A DNA stretch of 64,000 nt from Chloroflexota bacterium. GTDB lineage: Bacteria; Chloroflexota; Dehalococcoidia; SZUA-161; SpSt-899. Under the pieces are notes generated by a model. The model was not told where the DNA came from and did no database searches. It saw only the letters and a list, made by a program, of their open reading frames with translations. Location: assembly GCA_013203045.1 (NCBI GenBank), contig JABMQN010000014.1, positions 28,373-92,372 of the forward strand, written 5' to 3'. This document shows positions 8,833-18,417 of the stretch, one piece after another (within the stretch, counting starts at the first letter, position 1; the number at the start of each line of letters is the position of its first letter). A program made the translations under genes and the position numbers.

Positions 8833-10062
8833 CTATTGTTCGATCCTGCTTTCACCAGGATCGTTGAACATAACTCCGTCTTGAATTGAAGCATATATTT
8901 GCTTGAGATTAACCCCAATGGCATGGAAGAACCTGAGTGTCTCCGGGGCGACTATGCCCCCTGCCGCGTAAGCAACTTTCGTTCTGTCCAATCCATGTTT
9001 ATCTCTCAACGGCCTAAATACCATATGTTCCCAAAACAAACTGGCTGACTTAACAAAAGGGCTTACGCTGTTCCCTTTGAGTAAGGCGTCTGTCTCTCGG
9101 AATCCATTTGACACCCCTCGATTGAAAACCATTCGTTTTAGTCCGGTTCCACCCGCCATGTTTGATTGAATGGCTATCGATAGCTGGTCCCACATTTGCG
9201 ATGGATATGCCAGGGTGTGTGGCGATATCTCCCTCAAGTCCTCTTCAGCTGTCTCACCACTCTCAGCAAAATTGAGCCTTCTTCCCGTTAAAAGCGAGAC
9301 TGTAAATCCCAGCACTTGTTCAAAGAACCACCCCGGATTCATAACACAGACGTACTCGTGCTTATCCTCAATCGGATTTGCAGCCAAGACAGTCTCCCCA
9401 GACGAAATCAGGATCCCATGAGTTAGAGGCAACAGTTCAACGGAGTCAGAGCTTTTCCACACGCATAGAAACATCGCAATATCATTGCCGCTTCCCTGAG
9501 ATAACGCTCTCTCAAAATTATCTGCGGAGTTTTGCGAATATCCATTGCCTTTGTTGGCTAGGGTACTCATATTTATCAGGCCAGCATCATCGTAATGCTT
9601 GAGTCCTTTATCGTTCCAGTAGATGATCTTTTCAAGTGAAGGAAGAGAATCTCTAATTCCCAGAAGCTTATCTACCTGCTCCTGATCTTGCGCAAATGCA
9701 AATTTCGGCTGCGCATGTTCAAATATAAGACTGGTTTGCTCAGCCGTACGAACGGGATTCACTCCAACTACTATCCCACCATAAGTTTGAATTGCCAATT
9801 GACAGCAGAACCAATCCGGATCATTGTCTCCGAGAATGGCTACCTTGTCCCCATTTTTAAGTCCTAAATCCGCCAAACCGGCAAAAATGTCTTTTATTCT
9901 ATCACAGCATTCCTGCCAACTGCGTTCCTTCCAGACACCTTGTTCCTTTTTACGCAGGGCAACTTGGGTATCGCCCCAATGATTACAGTTACGAACCAGG
10001 AGTTTAGGGAGTGTATCCTTGTTATCCCTAGAAAGTCGTGCAGTAGTCTTGCTTTTGCTCAT
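8833..10062 (-). CDS. AMP-dependent synthetase/ligase family protein, divergent, with no canonical TSGTTGxPKG P-loop recognised
   Basis: 409 aa. The N-terminal half resembles long-chain acyl-CoA synthetases (VAILGDNDPDWFCCQLAIQTYGGIVVGVNP...). The canonical AMP-binding motif appears degenerate and the C-terminal subdomain seems absent. It is the first gene of an operon with the two permeases. Confidence 0.4.
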   Translation of the reverse strand: MSKSKTTARLSRDNKDTLPKLLVRNCNHWGDTQVALRKKEQGVWKERSWQECCDRIKDIFAGLADLGLKNGDKVAILGDNDPDWFCCQLAIQTYGGIVVGVNPVRTAEQTSLIFEHAQPKFAFAQDQEQVDKLLGIRDSLPSLEKIIYWNDKGLKHYDDAGLINMSTLANKGNGYSQNSADNFERALSQGSGNDIAMFLCVWKSSDSVELLPLTHGILISSGETVLAANPIEDKHEYVCVMNPGWFFEQVLGFTVSLLTGRRLNFAESGETAEEDLREISPHTLAYPSQMWDQLSIAIQSNMAGGTGLKRMVFNRGVSNGFRETDALLKGNSVSPFVKSASLFWEHMVFRPLRDKHGLDRTKVAYAAGGIVAPETLRFFHAIGVNLKQIYASIQDGVMFNDPGESRIEQ

Positions 10063-10577
10063 TATTTTTGCCGGCTCTGCCCCATTTGAGGCGATGTAAT
10101 TCTTTCAGTTTTGCACACGATATCTGCGGTTTTTCTTGACAAATGGGGATACTCAACTGTTTGGGTCTGTGTCCCTTATCTGAAGTCTTCTGCTTGTCAA
10201 ATTCCGGTGGCAAGCTAAGAGGCCGAGTACGAAGTGCAACTCTGAGGTCTTCATATTTTTGGCGATTCTAACATTCTGCCAGAGTAAATGTCAAGTCAAT
10301 CATTGCATAATTCACATAATGATCAATCAGTAATTTCATTACACACAACAAGGCAAATCCATTCTTGAAATATGAATTTTAGAAGTGCGGCTAATTGTAT
10401 ATCGACATTTGGAATACTTCTGTAAGTGTTCAACTGTATTCTGCCGTATTCTTTAGCTTTAACCATCATTGTCAAACATCATCAACACTGTGCTTACTTG
10501 ACTGAGATATGTACAAGACGTAGTATATAGTGAAAAAGCCCCACAAAGGCTTATAGTTCGAAAGGGAGACATGATAA

Positions 10578-11336
10578 ATGAGTAAATTAAATGGTAAAGT
10601 AGCTTTAGTAACAGGCGGATCTGCAGGGATTGGCAGGAGTACAGCTTTGGCATTTGCTCGAGAGGGTGCCAGAGTGGTGGTGGCTGATTATGCCGTTGAT
10701 GGTGGTGAGGAAACAGTCCGGCTGATCAAGGAGGGTGGTGGTGAAGCTGTGTTCATAAAGGTTGATGTATCCATAGCTTCCGACGTGGAATCAATGGTAA
10801 ACAAAGCAATTGAGACATATGGCCGCCTTGATTGTGCTGCCAATAATGCCGGGATAAGTGGACCAATTGTTGCCAGTATTGATCTGGAGGAAAAGGATTG
10901 GGATCAAGTTGTAAATATTGATCTTAAAGGCGTTTGGCTTTGTATGAAATACGAGATACCCCACATGCTTAACCAGGGTGGTGGTTCTATCGTCAATACC
11001 GCATCAATGGCAGGTATTGTCGGGTTTCCGGCTCAAGCTCCCTATGTAGCCAGTAAACATGGTGTTATCGGGCTTACCAAGTCAGCCGCACTTGAATATG
11101 GCACCCAGGGTATTCGGGTAAATGCCGTCTGCCCGGGGGTGATTCACACTTCGATGGTTGATTCGGTAATTGAGGTTATCCCCGATATTATTGAGACTTT
11201 GAATAAACAGGCACCGGTTGGCCGTATTGGTCAGCCACAAGAGGTGGCCGAGTGTATTTTATGGCTTTGTTCCGATGATGCATCTTTTGTCACTGGTCAT
11301 GCTCTGGTTGTCGACGGTGGCTATGTAGCCCAATAG
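10578..11336 (+). CDS. SDR family NAD(P)-dependent oxidoreductase
   Basis: 252 aa. It has the TGGSAGIGRSTALAFAREGARVVVAD dinucleotide-binding motif, a catalytic YxxxK (YVASKHG), and an AAGGGAG ribosome-binding site. Confidence 0.9.
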   Translation: MSKLNGKVALVTGGSAGIGRSTALAFAREGARVVVADYAVDGGEETVRLIKEGGGEAVFIKVDVSIASDVESMVNKAIETYGRLDCAANNAGISGPIVASIDLEEKDWDQVVNIDLKGVWLCMKYEIPHMLNQGGGSIVNTASMAGIVGFPAQAPYVASKHGVIGLTKSAALEYGTQGIRVNAVCPGVIHTSMVDSVIEVIPDIIETLNKQAPVGRIGQPQEVAECILWLCSDDASFVTGHALVVDGGYVAQ

Positions 11337-11377
11337 AAAACTTGTCACAAAAAGATCACAGTTTTTGAGAACCGGGA

Positions 11378-13276
11378 ATGAAGCGATATGATATCCTATT
11401 CCTGCCATCCGGACGGAGAGGGCCGATCAACGAAGGGGCAACTCTTCGAGACGCAGCTCACTCCCTTGGTGAAGGAATAGAAAGTATCTGTGGCGGGGAA
11501 GGTTCTTGTGGGAAATGCAGAGTTCGCGTTCTTGAAGGTAATGAACATGGCATCGTTTCTACAATCAGCCACCTATCTGGATTGACCGATATCGAGAAAC
11601 GATACGCTCAAGATTTTGACCTGCGACCAAATGAACGGCTCGCGTGCCAGGCTCGGATACATGGTAACCTGGCCATTTTTGTGCCAGAGGAAAGCCGTAC
11701 CGGTCGGCAGATCATCCTCAAATCTGCAGGGAAACAGACAATTGATATTGCACCGACTATCCGTAAGTACTTCCTTGATATTGCTCACACTGAGATCAAC
11801 AGTGCATCAAACCAAAAAGGCTGGCTATCGGCTGAATTAGCGGATCGCTTTAATCTACACGATGTAATTGTTGATAACTCTGTTTTAGAGACTTTCTCAA
11901 ATCTATCTCAGAACAAGGATCGAGGAATAACAATCACGGTCTGGGACAACAAAGAAGTAATCCGCGTTGAGTCGGGATACCATGAGAACGCATACGGCCT
12001 GGCGATAGACATTGGGACCACAACTATCGGAGGGTATCTATGTGATTTAGTCACTGGCGAGAACCTGGCCACTGAATCGATGATGAATCCTCAAATCCAG
12101 TTCGGAGAGGACATCATGACACGCATCAGTTACGCCAAATCCCACACTAATGGCCTCGCTGAACTCAACGACTGCATAATCGGTGCACTGAACCAAATGA
12201 TTGGCAACATTACTTCTCAAGTAGGATTGACTCCTGATGATATTGCAGAAACAGTAGTTGTGGGCAACACCGTGATGCATCATATCTTTCTGGGGCTCGA
12301 TATCTCTGGGTTGGCCTTTTGGCCATTCAAACCAGAGATAACACGATCAGTGAACAGGAAGGCGCGTGACCTCGGGCTTGGAGTCTTACCTTCTGCTAAT
12401 GTTCATGTCTTGCCAATTGAGGCAGGTTTTGTCGGAGCTGACAACGTAGGTGTACTAATCGCTGAGGAACCTTACAACCAAGACGAAATCCTGCTGATAA
12501 TTGATATAGGTACCAATGGTGAGCTGGTTATGGGGAATCAGCAACGGTTGCTTTCTGCTTCATGTGCTACAGGGCCAGCATTTGAGGGTGCGAACATCAA
12601 ATTTGGAATGCGCGCTGCACCCGGCGCTATCGATAGAGTTCGAGTTATCCCACAGACATTCGATTTGCGATTCACTGTTATCGGGAATGAAAAGTGGAAT
12701 ACAGAAATACCCTCGGCGGAAATCAAAGCATGCGGAATTTGCGGTTCGGGCATCATAGATGCCGTGGCTGAATTGTTCGTGGCGGGGCTTATCAAGAAAG
12801 ATGGCAGCTTTAACAAGACATTAAATTCGCCACGGTTACGACTCGATAAAGACGAGAAACCAGAGTTCGTCATTGCCTGGGCTTATGAAACTGCAATTAA
12901 TCAAGATATCACAGTAACCCAAAAAGATGTGCGTGCTATTCAACTTGCCAAAGCTGCGATCAATTCCGGAGCACAACTGATGCTGCGTCGACTGGGTATC
13001 GAACGACCGGATAAGGTTATTCTTGCCGGGGCTTTCGGCACGGTAATCGACCGCGAAAGGGCATTGGCAATCGGTATGTTCCCGGAATGTGATATTGAGG
13101 ATATCTATTCAATCGGTAATGCTGCCGGTGATGGTGCTCGCATAGCCTTGCTCAACAAAAACAAACGTCAAGAGGCCGATAAAATAGCTCGCGAGGTTGA
13201 GTATATTGAACTTACTGAAGACCCCGGTTTTCATGAAGTATTTATAGGGGCAACTCACTTTCCATCGAGGCAATAG
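11378..13276 (+). CDS. ATP-dependent reductive activator of corrinoid proteins, RACo/RamA-like: N-terminal 2Fe-2S ferredoxin plus ASKHA ATPase (COG3894)
   Basis: 632 aa. It has the plant-type ferredoxin cysteine motif CGGEGSCGKCRV...C near the N-terminus. The central and C-terminal part is an acetate/sugar-kinase-like fold typical of RACo. Confidence 0.8.
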   Translation: MKRYDILFLPSGRRGPINEGATLRDAAHSLGEGIESICGGEGSCGKCRVRVLEGNEHGIVSTISHLSGLTDIEKRYAQDFDLRPNERLACQARIHGNLAIFVPEESRTGRQIILKSAGKQTIDIAPTIRKYFLDIAHTEINSASNQKGWLSAELADRFNLHDVIVDNSVLETFSNLSQNKDRGITITVWDNKEVIRVESGYHENAYGLAIDIGTTTIGGYLCDLVTGENLATESMMNPQIQFGEDIMTRISYAKSHTNGLAELNDCIIGALNQMIGNITSQVGLTPDDIAETVVVGNTVMHHIFLGLDISGLAFWPFKPEITRSVNRKARDLGLGVLPSANVHVLPIEAGFVGADNVGVLIAEEPYNQDEILLIIDIGTNGELVMGNQQRLLSASCATGPAFEGANIKFGMRAAPGAIDRVRVIPQTFDLRFTVIGNEKWNTEIPSAEIKACGICGSGIIDAVAELFVAGLIKKDGSFNKTLNSPRLRLDKDEKPEFVIAWAYETAINQDITVTQKDVRAIQLAKAAINSGAQLMLRRLGIERPDKVILAGAFGTVIDRERALAIGMFPECDIEDIYSIGNAAGDGARIALLNKNKRQEADKIAREVEYIELTEDPGFHEVFIGATHFPSRQ

Positions 13277-13454
13277 CGTGCTGGTAAATTAGGAGTTAGC
13301 ACTTGCTCGTTTTGTTAAGCGCTATGACGCTCGTTCATACTTCGAGAGCCTCAGCACGAACGGGCTAGCAATCTGGGCATACTGCTTCCGCTCGCCCTGA
13401 GCGTGCCGTCGCTGAAGCACTTGGACATGTTACGGTCAATTAGAAAACTTAGTA

Positions 13455-14273
13455 CTAGTCGCAAAGTGGTCGAAGTCTGATAACTATTGGAGCTTCGTGT
13501 TTGTGTTTATGAGCCTTATGTCGTTCCCAGACAAAGGCAGCTATCTCATCGAGGTCCTGGATCGGCATATCGTCATAACAATCAAGGCAAAATCTGACAC
13601 TCTGTTCCATCTCGTCATATGTTCTGCCTAAATCGGCTTCATCCGTTTGGTTCTCTTCCAGACCTGCTGAAGGGATACGGTCAATATTCTCTTCATCTAT
13701 CGTGCCCTCATCCCTGAAATACTCGAGGAGCTGATAGACTTCAGATTTGAAAAGTTCACCGATAGGAAAAATATCGGCCAGGGCATCGCCCCCTTTAGTA
13801 TCGTATCCTATGAAGTCCTCCGAAAGATTACCGGTGCCCATAACTCGAACTCGTTTTCCTTCGAATTGCGTCGAAAGGTTGTGAGCAATACCGTAAAGAA
13901 TACACATTCTTGCCCGGCTACGTGCATTGCCTTTGTTCGTTAGTGTAAGTTCAGACTCGGATTCGATAAAAACCTGCTCATTAATTGCGTCGGATATTTT
14001 AGCTACCGGACGTACAAGATGGCTAATACCTATTCTTTCAGCCAGACTGGCTGATTGTGCATTGAATGTTTTTATATCCACTTCATCGTAAGGCATACTA
14101 ATTCCGTAGACAACCTCTTTACCGAGCGCCTTCATGCACAGGATAGCAGTTAATGACGAATCAGCTCCTCCGCTCAAACCAACCACAGCTATGTCAACTC
14201 TGGATTTTATCTCTGAATACATGTGGTCAAGCAGCTTTTCGAAATCGCAAATCACGGATAAAACCTCTACCAA
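13455..14273 (-). CDS. nadE: NH3-dependent NAD+ synthetase
   Basis: 272 aa. It carries the PP-loop SGGADSS and the conserved NKGNARSRARM, GTGNLSED and TKGGD segments. Confidence 0.9.
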   Translation of the reverse strand: MVEVLSVICDFEKLLDHMYSEIKSRVDIAVVGLSGGADSSLTAILCMKALGKEVVYGISMPYDEVDIKTFNAQSASLAERIGISHLVRPVAKISDAINEQVFIESESELTLTNKGNARSRARMCILYGIAHNLSTQFEGKRVRVMGTGNLSEDFIGYDTKGGDALADIFPIGELFKSEVYQLLEYFRDEGTIDEENIDRIPSAGLEENQTDEADLGRTYDEMEQSVRFCLDCYDDMPIQDLDEIAAFVWERHKAHKHKHEAPIVIRLRPLCD

Positions 14274-14345
14274 ACCTCTTTACTAAAGAATCATATCAAA
14301 TTGGGAGCAGATGTAAATGGGGAATGTAGCGTAGCGAAGACTAAT

Positions 14346-15749
14346 TCAGGCTGCAACTTTACTACTGGATCGGCTTATGATTTCTCGCGCAGCCACTATG
14401 CCGGAAGCTGAAGCCTGTACCAAACCACGAGTAACTCCCGCACCATCTCCGATGGCAAAGAAGTTCGCTATCTCTGTCTCGAGTTTCTCTGTGAGATACA
14501 ATCTAGATGAATAAAACTTAACCTCTACACCATAAAGCAAGGTATGAGGCGAGGCTACACCAGGAGCCAGTGCATCCAGAGAAATCAACATTTCTTTAAT
14601 CCCTTTAAGGAAACGATAGGGTAATACTGCGTTAATATCACCAGGTGTAGCACTTTTAAGTGTGGGTTGCACTTGCCACTCATCCATCTGTGCCGCCATC
14701 GAACAACGACCATCTAACAAATCACTGTATCGCTGGACGATAACGCCATCAGCAAGCAGGTTTGCCAACCGAGCTACTGATTTTCCATAAGTTATCGGAT
14801 CATTGAACGGCTCCCTGAACTTGGCGCTACAGAGAAGGGCAAAGTTTGTATTTGGACTTTTTCTGTCGGCATAGCTGTGACCGTTGACCGTTACTACGGG
14901 TTCAGTACCCCCGGTTGACTCCAATGTCACTTCTCCTGCTGGACAGACACAGAAAGTTCTTATGCGATCATTAAATGGCATTGCACGGTATTCCAGTTTT
15001 GGTTCGTAGAGAATATTTGTTAAGTCCGCAAGTACCTCATTCGGAACCTCTATCCGAAGACCGAGATCAACTGGGTTGTTGTCTTTGGTAAGCCCAAGCC
15101 AGGCAGCCTGTTTTACCAGCCAATCGGACCCTTCCCTGCCCGGGGCTGCAACTAAGTATTTTGTTTCTATGAACTGCCCATCTTCAGTTTCGATCCCTTT
15201 GATTTTCCCATCCTCACTGATGATCGACTCTACGGTAACTGATGTCTGAATATCGACTTTTTCAATGAGGAAATCATACATGTTACGCAATACCTGGTAA
15301 CAATGCTCGGTACCTAAATGCCTGACTGGAACAGGAATAAATCGAAGCCCAACCTGCTCTGCTCTTCTAGCAATTCCATCAACTTCAGGACCTACGCCAA
15401 ACAGGTTGGCAGACGCTCCAAATTCACTATAAGTATCATCGACATAGGTGATTAACTTAGTGAGTCCGTCCACACCCTCGTATTTGTGCAAATACCCCCC
15501 GACATCCGGCGATAGAGTAAGTTTTCCGTCACTGAAGGCTCCAGCACCACCCCAACCGCTGACCATTGCGCATGGAAAACATGAAAGGCAGCCACTGTAA
15601 TTATGAGCACCAGGGCAATATCTTTTATTGAGGTCCTTGCCCTTTTCCAATATGAGGATTTTCAGGCTTGAGGAACGGACTAATTCAAGAGCAGTGAAGA
15701 TTCCCGCAGGCCCACCACCAACGATTACAACATCATAGCTATTGGCCAT
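14346..15749 (-). CDS. NAD(P)/FAD-dependent oxidoreductase, uncharacterised FAD-dependent dehydrogenase family (COG2509-like)
   Basis: 467 aa. The N-terminus YDVVIVGGGPAGIFTALEL is a GxGxxG FAD-binding motif. Confidence 0.5.
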   Translation of the reverse strand: MANSYDVVIVGGGPAGIFTALELVRSSSLKILILEKGKDLNKRYCPGAHNYSGCLSCFPCAMVSGWGGAGAFSDGKLTLSPDVGGYLHKYEGVDGLTKLITYVDDTYSEFGASANLFGVGPEVDGIARRAEQVGLRFIPVPVRHLGTEHCYQVLRNMYDFLIEKVDIQTSVTVESIISEDGKIKGIETEDGQFIETKYLVAAPGREGSDWLVKQAAWLGLTKDNNPVDLGLRIEVPNEVLADLTNILYEPKLEYRAMPFNDRIRTFCVCPAGEVTLESTGGTEPVVTVNGHSYADRKSPNTNFALLCSAKFREPFNDPITYGKSVARLANLLADGVIVQRYSDLLDGRCSMAAQMDEWQVQPTLKSATPGDINAVLPYRFLKGIKEMLISLDALAPGVASPHTLLYGVEVKFYSSRLYLTEKLETEIANFFAIGDGAGVTRGLVQASASGIVAAREIISRSSSKVAA

Positions 15750-15813
15750 AATTCATTCCATAACAATTCGCGGTAGTTACAGCGGAGCAGATTAAGAGGG
15801 AAACGAGAAGATA

Positions 15814-16020
15814 TCAGTCCTTGATTTTGAACCGCTTCTTGAACCGTTCTACTTGCCCTGCTGTGTCAACTATTCGCTGTTCACCGGAATAGTAGGGATG
15901 ACACTTGCTGCAGAGCTCCACCTTCAACGTCGGTTGAGTTGCGCCAACGGTGAAGGTATTGCCACATGAACAAATAACCTGGGCATCATCATAGTACTTA
16001 GGATGTATTTTTTCTTTCAT
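15814..16020 (-). CDS. rpmE: 50S ribosomal protein L31
   Basis: MKEKIHPKYYDDAQVICSCGNTFTVGATQPTLKVELCSKCHPYYSG with the L31 zinc-ribbon cysteines. The ATG at 16020 lies 7 nt downstream of the rpmA stop. The supplied ORF begins at an upstream GTG (16038) that overlaps rpmA. Confidence 0.85.
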   Translation of the reverse strand: MKEKIHPKYYDDAQVICSCGNTFTVGATQPTLKVELCSKCHPYYSGEQRIVDTAGQVERFKKRFKIKD

Positions 16021-16027
16021 TTGATTC

Positions 16028-16294
16028 TTAACTATCACCAGCGATGGGGTACACGCTGACTTTCCTCTGGTATTTGTTGGCTCGGCCGAATTTCACCGTG
16101 CCATCGATGAGGGCGAAAATTGTATGGTCCTTTCCTAAGCCAACATTCTCTCCCAGATGTACTTTGGTGCCTCGCTGCCTTATAAGAATGTTACCGGCCC
16201 GCACCACCTGCCCATCATACTTCTTAACACCGAGCCTTTTTGACTGGCTATCGCGACCTAGTTTACTGCTGCCACCTGATTTTTTATGTGCCAT
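16028..16294 (-). CDS. rpmA: 50S ribosomal protein L27
   Basis: [52 protein letters not shown] is the canonical L27 sequence. Confidence 0.95.
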   Translation of the reverse strand: MAHKKSGGSSKLGRDSQSKRLGVKKYDGQVVRAGNILIRQRGTKVHLGENVGLGKDHTIFALIDGTVKFGRANKYQRKVSVYPIAGDS

Positions 16295-16325
16295 TTGGAC
16301 TTTACCTCGTTATGCTCGATTTGGG

Positions 16326-16670
16326 CTAGTTCAACTCAATCTGATCAATTGACAATCGGGTATAGTGTTGACGATGCCCTCTCTTGCGACGATATCGTAT
16401 TTTATTCTTGTATTTGAATACAATAATCTTGCGCTTTCTATCCTGACGAACAATTGTGGCCTTAATCTTGGCTCCGTCAACAGCAGGTTGACCCACTGTG
16501 ATATTGTCCCCATCAGAAACAAACAAAACATTATCAAGTTCGACCGAGGAACCTTCGTCCCCGGGGATTTGTTCCACATCTATCACTTGGCCTGGTGAGA
16601 CCTTATGTTGTTTTCCTCCGGTAGCTACGATTGCGTAAATTGTTCTCCTCCCCCGAAAATTTCCCAGCAT
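16326..16670 (-). CDS. rplU: 50S ribosomal protein L21. The true start is probably at 16640 (ATT) or 16670 (ATG); the 162-aa ORF is over-extended
   Basis: The core IYAIVATGGKQHKVSPGQVIDVE...YKNKIRYRRKRGHRQHYTRLSI is canonical L21. GGGGGAGGAG sits inside the extended ORF 6 nt upstream of an ATT codon that would give a 104-aa protein. An alternative ATG lies 30 nt upstream. Confidence 0.9.
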   Translation of the reverse strand: MLGNFRGRRTIYAIVATGGKQHKVSPGQVIDVEQIPGDEGSSVELDNVLFVSDGDNITVGQPAVDGAKIKATIVRQDRKRKIIVFKYKNKIRYRRKRGHRQHYTRLSIDQIELN

Positions 16671-16797
16671 TTTGAATTCTACCAGTTGTAGCGAATTTGT
16701 CAAGTTTGAAAGGCGAGTATACAGTCGCAGCGCACTCTCGATTGCCAATTGGGGCTCATGTTTCCTGCAAATACTCAATTGAATTTGAGTGCATACA

Positions 16798-16832
16798 GGG
16801 TTGACATACAGCATAGCTTCATATATTGTACT
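16798..16832 (+). promoter_or_regulatory. Candidate sigma70-like promoter for the plus-strand methyltransferase operon
   Basis: TTGACA at 16800-16805, followed about 16-17 nt later by TATATT/TATTGT, about 75 nt upstream of the 16906 start. GAGGA lies 7 nt before that ATG. Confidence 0.3.
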
Positions 16833-16905
16833 CGTTAAAGAGTCCCCTACGAGTCATTATGGAAGCGTTTCATCGAAGGTAAATTTGAATCTGTGAGGAA
16901 CGACG

Positions 16906-17703
16906 ATGATCATAGTGGGTGAAAAGATTAACACAAGCCGTAGAATCATAAGAGAAGCGGTTGAAAATCGAGATGCTAACTTCATCATCAAAGTTGCACA
17001 GGATCAGGCGCAAGCCGGCGCAAACTATATTGATGTCAATGCCGGTACCTTTGTGGACAAAGAGATAGAAAATCTCTGCTGGTTAGTCGAAACCGTTCAA
17101 AGTTCACTCGATTATCCACTCTGCCTTGACAGTCCTAATCCAACAGCCTTAGCTGAAGCGATGAAGCTCCACAAAGGCGAACCGATGATAAACTCGATTT
17201 CTATGGAGGAAGACCGGCTTGGTCCCCTTCTGCCCGTGGTTACGTCTGGCCCATGTCAAATAATTGCTTTGTGTATGGGACAAGCCTCGATGCCAATAAC
17301 AGTTGAGGAAAGAGTAGACGTTGGTGCTCAACTCATTCAAAAGCTTACAGGTGAAGGCGTTCCAATTGAAAAAATATTCGTTGATCCGCTAATCCAACCG
17401 ATTTCAGTGGATACCAACATGGGTATTGCCGCACTTGGAGCCATTCGCAAGATAATAGACGATTTCCCCGGAGTAAATACGATCTGCGGCCTATCAAACA
17501 TTTCATTTGGTCTTCCGGAACGCCACATTATCAATCGCAATTTTCTGGCTTTGGCCATGTCGTACGGTTTGTCCGGTGCAATCATGGATCCAACCGATAT
17601 AAAGCTCACGTCTACACTTCTTTCGATTGAAATGCTACTAGGTAGAGATGAATACTGTGAAAAATTCATTGATGCCTATCAGGAAAAGCGAATTTCTGGA
17701 TAA
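16906..17703 (+). CDS. Pterin-binding methyltransferase, methyl-corrinoid:tetrahydrofolate methyltransferase (MtrH/AcsE-like)
   Basis: 265 aa, paralog of 1815-2621. It is the first gene of an operon that also encodes a corrinoid protein and MttB-family proteins. Confidence 0.8.
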   Translation: MIIVGEKINTSRRIIREAVENRDANFIIKVAQDQAQAGANYIDVNAGTFVDKEIENLCWLVETVQSSLDYPLCLDSPNPTALAEAMKLHKGEPMINSISMEEDRLGPLLPVVTSGPCQIIALCMGQASMPITVEERVDVGAQLIQKLTGEGVPIEKIFVDPLIQPISVDTNMGIAALGAIRKIIDDFPGVNTICGLSNISFGLPERHIINRNFLALAMSYGLSGAIMDPTDIKLTSTLLSIEMLLGRDEYCEKFIDAYQEKRISG

Positions 17704-17751
17704 AAGAAGTCTCGCCGGAGTGAAAAGAAATAAGCATAATGGAGGTCGAAA

Positions 17752-18390
17752 ATGAGTGAATTTCAGGCATTATCTGAAGCTGTACTCAAGGGAGACATCA
17801 AGACAGCGGTAGCGGAGACTCAGGCGGCCATGGATGCCGGGGCAAATATCCAGGACATCCTTGACACCGGTCTAATTGCTACCATGGACGAAGTGGGGGA
17901 TAGATTCTCAAAGGGGATTATCTTTGTCCCGCAGATGCTGCGATCGGCTAAAACCATGCAGGAATGCATGAAACTTATCACCCCATTATTCCAAAAGGGT
18001 GGCGTGACCTCCAAAGGGAAAGTGCTTATCGGAACCGTCAAGGGGGACTTGCATGATATTGGCAAGAACCTTGTTTTAATGATGATGGAAGGCGCCGGCT
18101 TTACTATCACAGACCTCGGAGTAGATGTCACTCCTGAAAAATTCGCCCAGAAAACTCAAGAAATCGAGCCTGATATCGTGGCGATGTCCGCACTTCTTTC
18201 AACGACAATGCCATCGATGCCCCTTACTATCGAAGCGCTTCAAAACGCTGGAGTGAGAGACAAAGTGAAAATTATGATCGGTGGAGCTCCTGTTACAGAT
18301 AAATATGCTCAAGAAATCAAAGCAGATGCCTATGCCTCAGATGCCGGTTCAGCAGTAACAAAAGCAAAAAGCTTGATGGGGATTTCCTAA
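17752..18390 (+). CDS. Cobalamin-binding corrinoid protein, MttC/MtbC-like
   Basis: 212 aa with the DxHxxG motif (VKGDLHDIGKNLV). It has a B12-binding cap followed by a Rossmann domain. Confidence 0.9.
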   Translation: MSEFQALSEAVLKGDIKTAVAETQAAMDAGANIQDILDTGLIATMDEVGDRFSKGIIFVPQMLRSAKTMQECMKLITPLFQKGGVTSKGKVLIGTVKGDLHDIGKNLVLMMMEGAGFTITDLGVDVTPEKFAQKTQEIEPDIVAMSALLSTTMPSMPLTIEALQNAGVRDKVKIMIGGAPVTDKYAQEIKADAYASDAGSAVTKAKSLMGIS

Positions 18391-18417
18391 CCTCTTGAAA
18401 GTAAATTCCGCATTGAA

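Noticed and set aside
10028-10653. Small ORFs 10028-10213 and 10459-10653 in the 515-bp divergent intergenic region
   Set aside because: The region is AT-rich and low complexity. The ORFs have no ribosome-binding site and no recognisable family. It is more likely a divergent promoter region for the AMP-ligase/permease operon and the SDR gene.
13277-13454. Possible ncRNA in the convergent spacer between the RACo gene and nadE
   Set aside because: It contains only short imperfect stems consistent with two facing terminators, and nothing distinctive enough to call.
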